Below are positions 63,572 to 64,000 of a DNA stretch of 64,000 bases, in pieces. The notes under the pieces are model-generated. The model searched no databases, had not been told where the DNA came from, and was given only the letters and a program-made list of their open reading frames with translations. Location: the IMG/VR virus record IMGVR_UViG_3300014205_000232, positions 675-64,674 of that record. The stretch is one strand, 5' to 3'. Made by a program: the position numbers and the translations under genes. This stretch comes from a virus. Positions within the stretch are counted from its first letter, which is position 1. Each line of letters opens with the position of its first letter.

Positions 63572-64000
63572 CCATGAAGCACCGCCGGTCAAAAAGGACT
63601 CTCTCGACTGAAGACATTGAGGAACTGATGGCGTCTTTGGGCAAGGACGACGGTCCCGATTTTGACGACGATGGGAAGGACATCGCAGTCGTAGGGAATC
63701 GGGTCTTTTTCTATCAGGATGTGAATTCGTCCAGTGCCGCAAACTTGGCCACTACCCTAAGGGCTGTTGCCATGGATCTCCAGATTGAACAGGTGCATTT
63801 GGATCTGCCCTCCTGCCGTCCTATTCATCTACACATCAACAGTCAGGGTGGAGACCTGTTTGCCGGCTTTGCCCTTGTGGACACGCTTCGTGGGTTGAAG
63901 GTACCCGTGCATACGCATGTGGAGGGTGGTGCTGCAAGTGCAGCGACACTTTTCTCGGTGGTAGGGAAACACCGCACCATTGGCAAGCACAGTTTCATTC
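63572..64000 (+). CDS. ClpP-family serine protease (possible prohead protease), 3'-partial
   Basis: IHLHINSQGGDLFAGFALVDTLRGLKVPVHTHVEGGAASAATLF matches the ClpP core (INSPGG...G.AI.DT...PV.T...G.AAS.A); runs off the window; start ±2. Confidence 0.6.

Noticed and set aside
1-64000. tRNA genes
   Set aside because: No cloverleaf-compatible ~75-nt segment was recognised by eye in intergenic regions. This cannot be excluded without tRNAscan-SE.

Overview
This 64-kb window has about 57% GC and is densely coding, mostly on the + strand. It looks like part of a large jumbo-type dsDNA bacteriophage or prophage genome. Identifiable genes include nucleotide-metabolism enzymes (thymidine kinase, deoxynucleoside kinase, thymidylate kinase, ThyX), NAD-dependent DNA ligase, PhoH, a DEDDh exonuclease, a peptidoglycan-binding amidase endolysin, a ClpP-like protease at the 3' edge, an SPFH/NfeD pair, and many small ORFs of unknown function. 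The strongest sequence-level signal is a bipartite promoter-like motif repeated about 30 times on both strands (GATCATCTG, about 11 nt, AGAGTAGCTGT, 3 nt, GTAG). It sits immediately upstream of RBS and ATG for most small genes and marks the transcription units. Accessory content includes an ADP-ribosylation toolkit: a PARP-like transferase with a WGR domain and an H-Y-E triad, an ADP-ribosylglycohydrolase, and a MacroD-type macro domain. The macro domain is co-operonic with a small receiver-fold (CPR-like) protein that has a second paralog elsewhere. There is also a truncated GGQ release-factor-like protein next to a 28-bp tandem repeat; two very large polyvalent proteins that share an ImmA/IrrE-like HExxH module fused to a P-loop kinase or a ParB-like nuclease; a complete two-component operon (response regulator, PAS histidine kinase, response regulator, SWIM protein); a Panacea (DUF4065) antitoxin-like gene preceded by a cationic Trp-rich peptide gene; and a roughly 180-nt promoter-driven intergenic region closed by a 14-bp helix that is a candidate structured ncRNA. 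Coordinates derived by hand (motifs, hairpins, refined starts) carry about ±2 nt uncertainty. ORF-track coordinates were used wherever possible.
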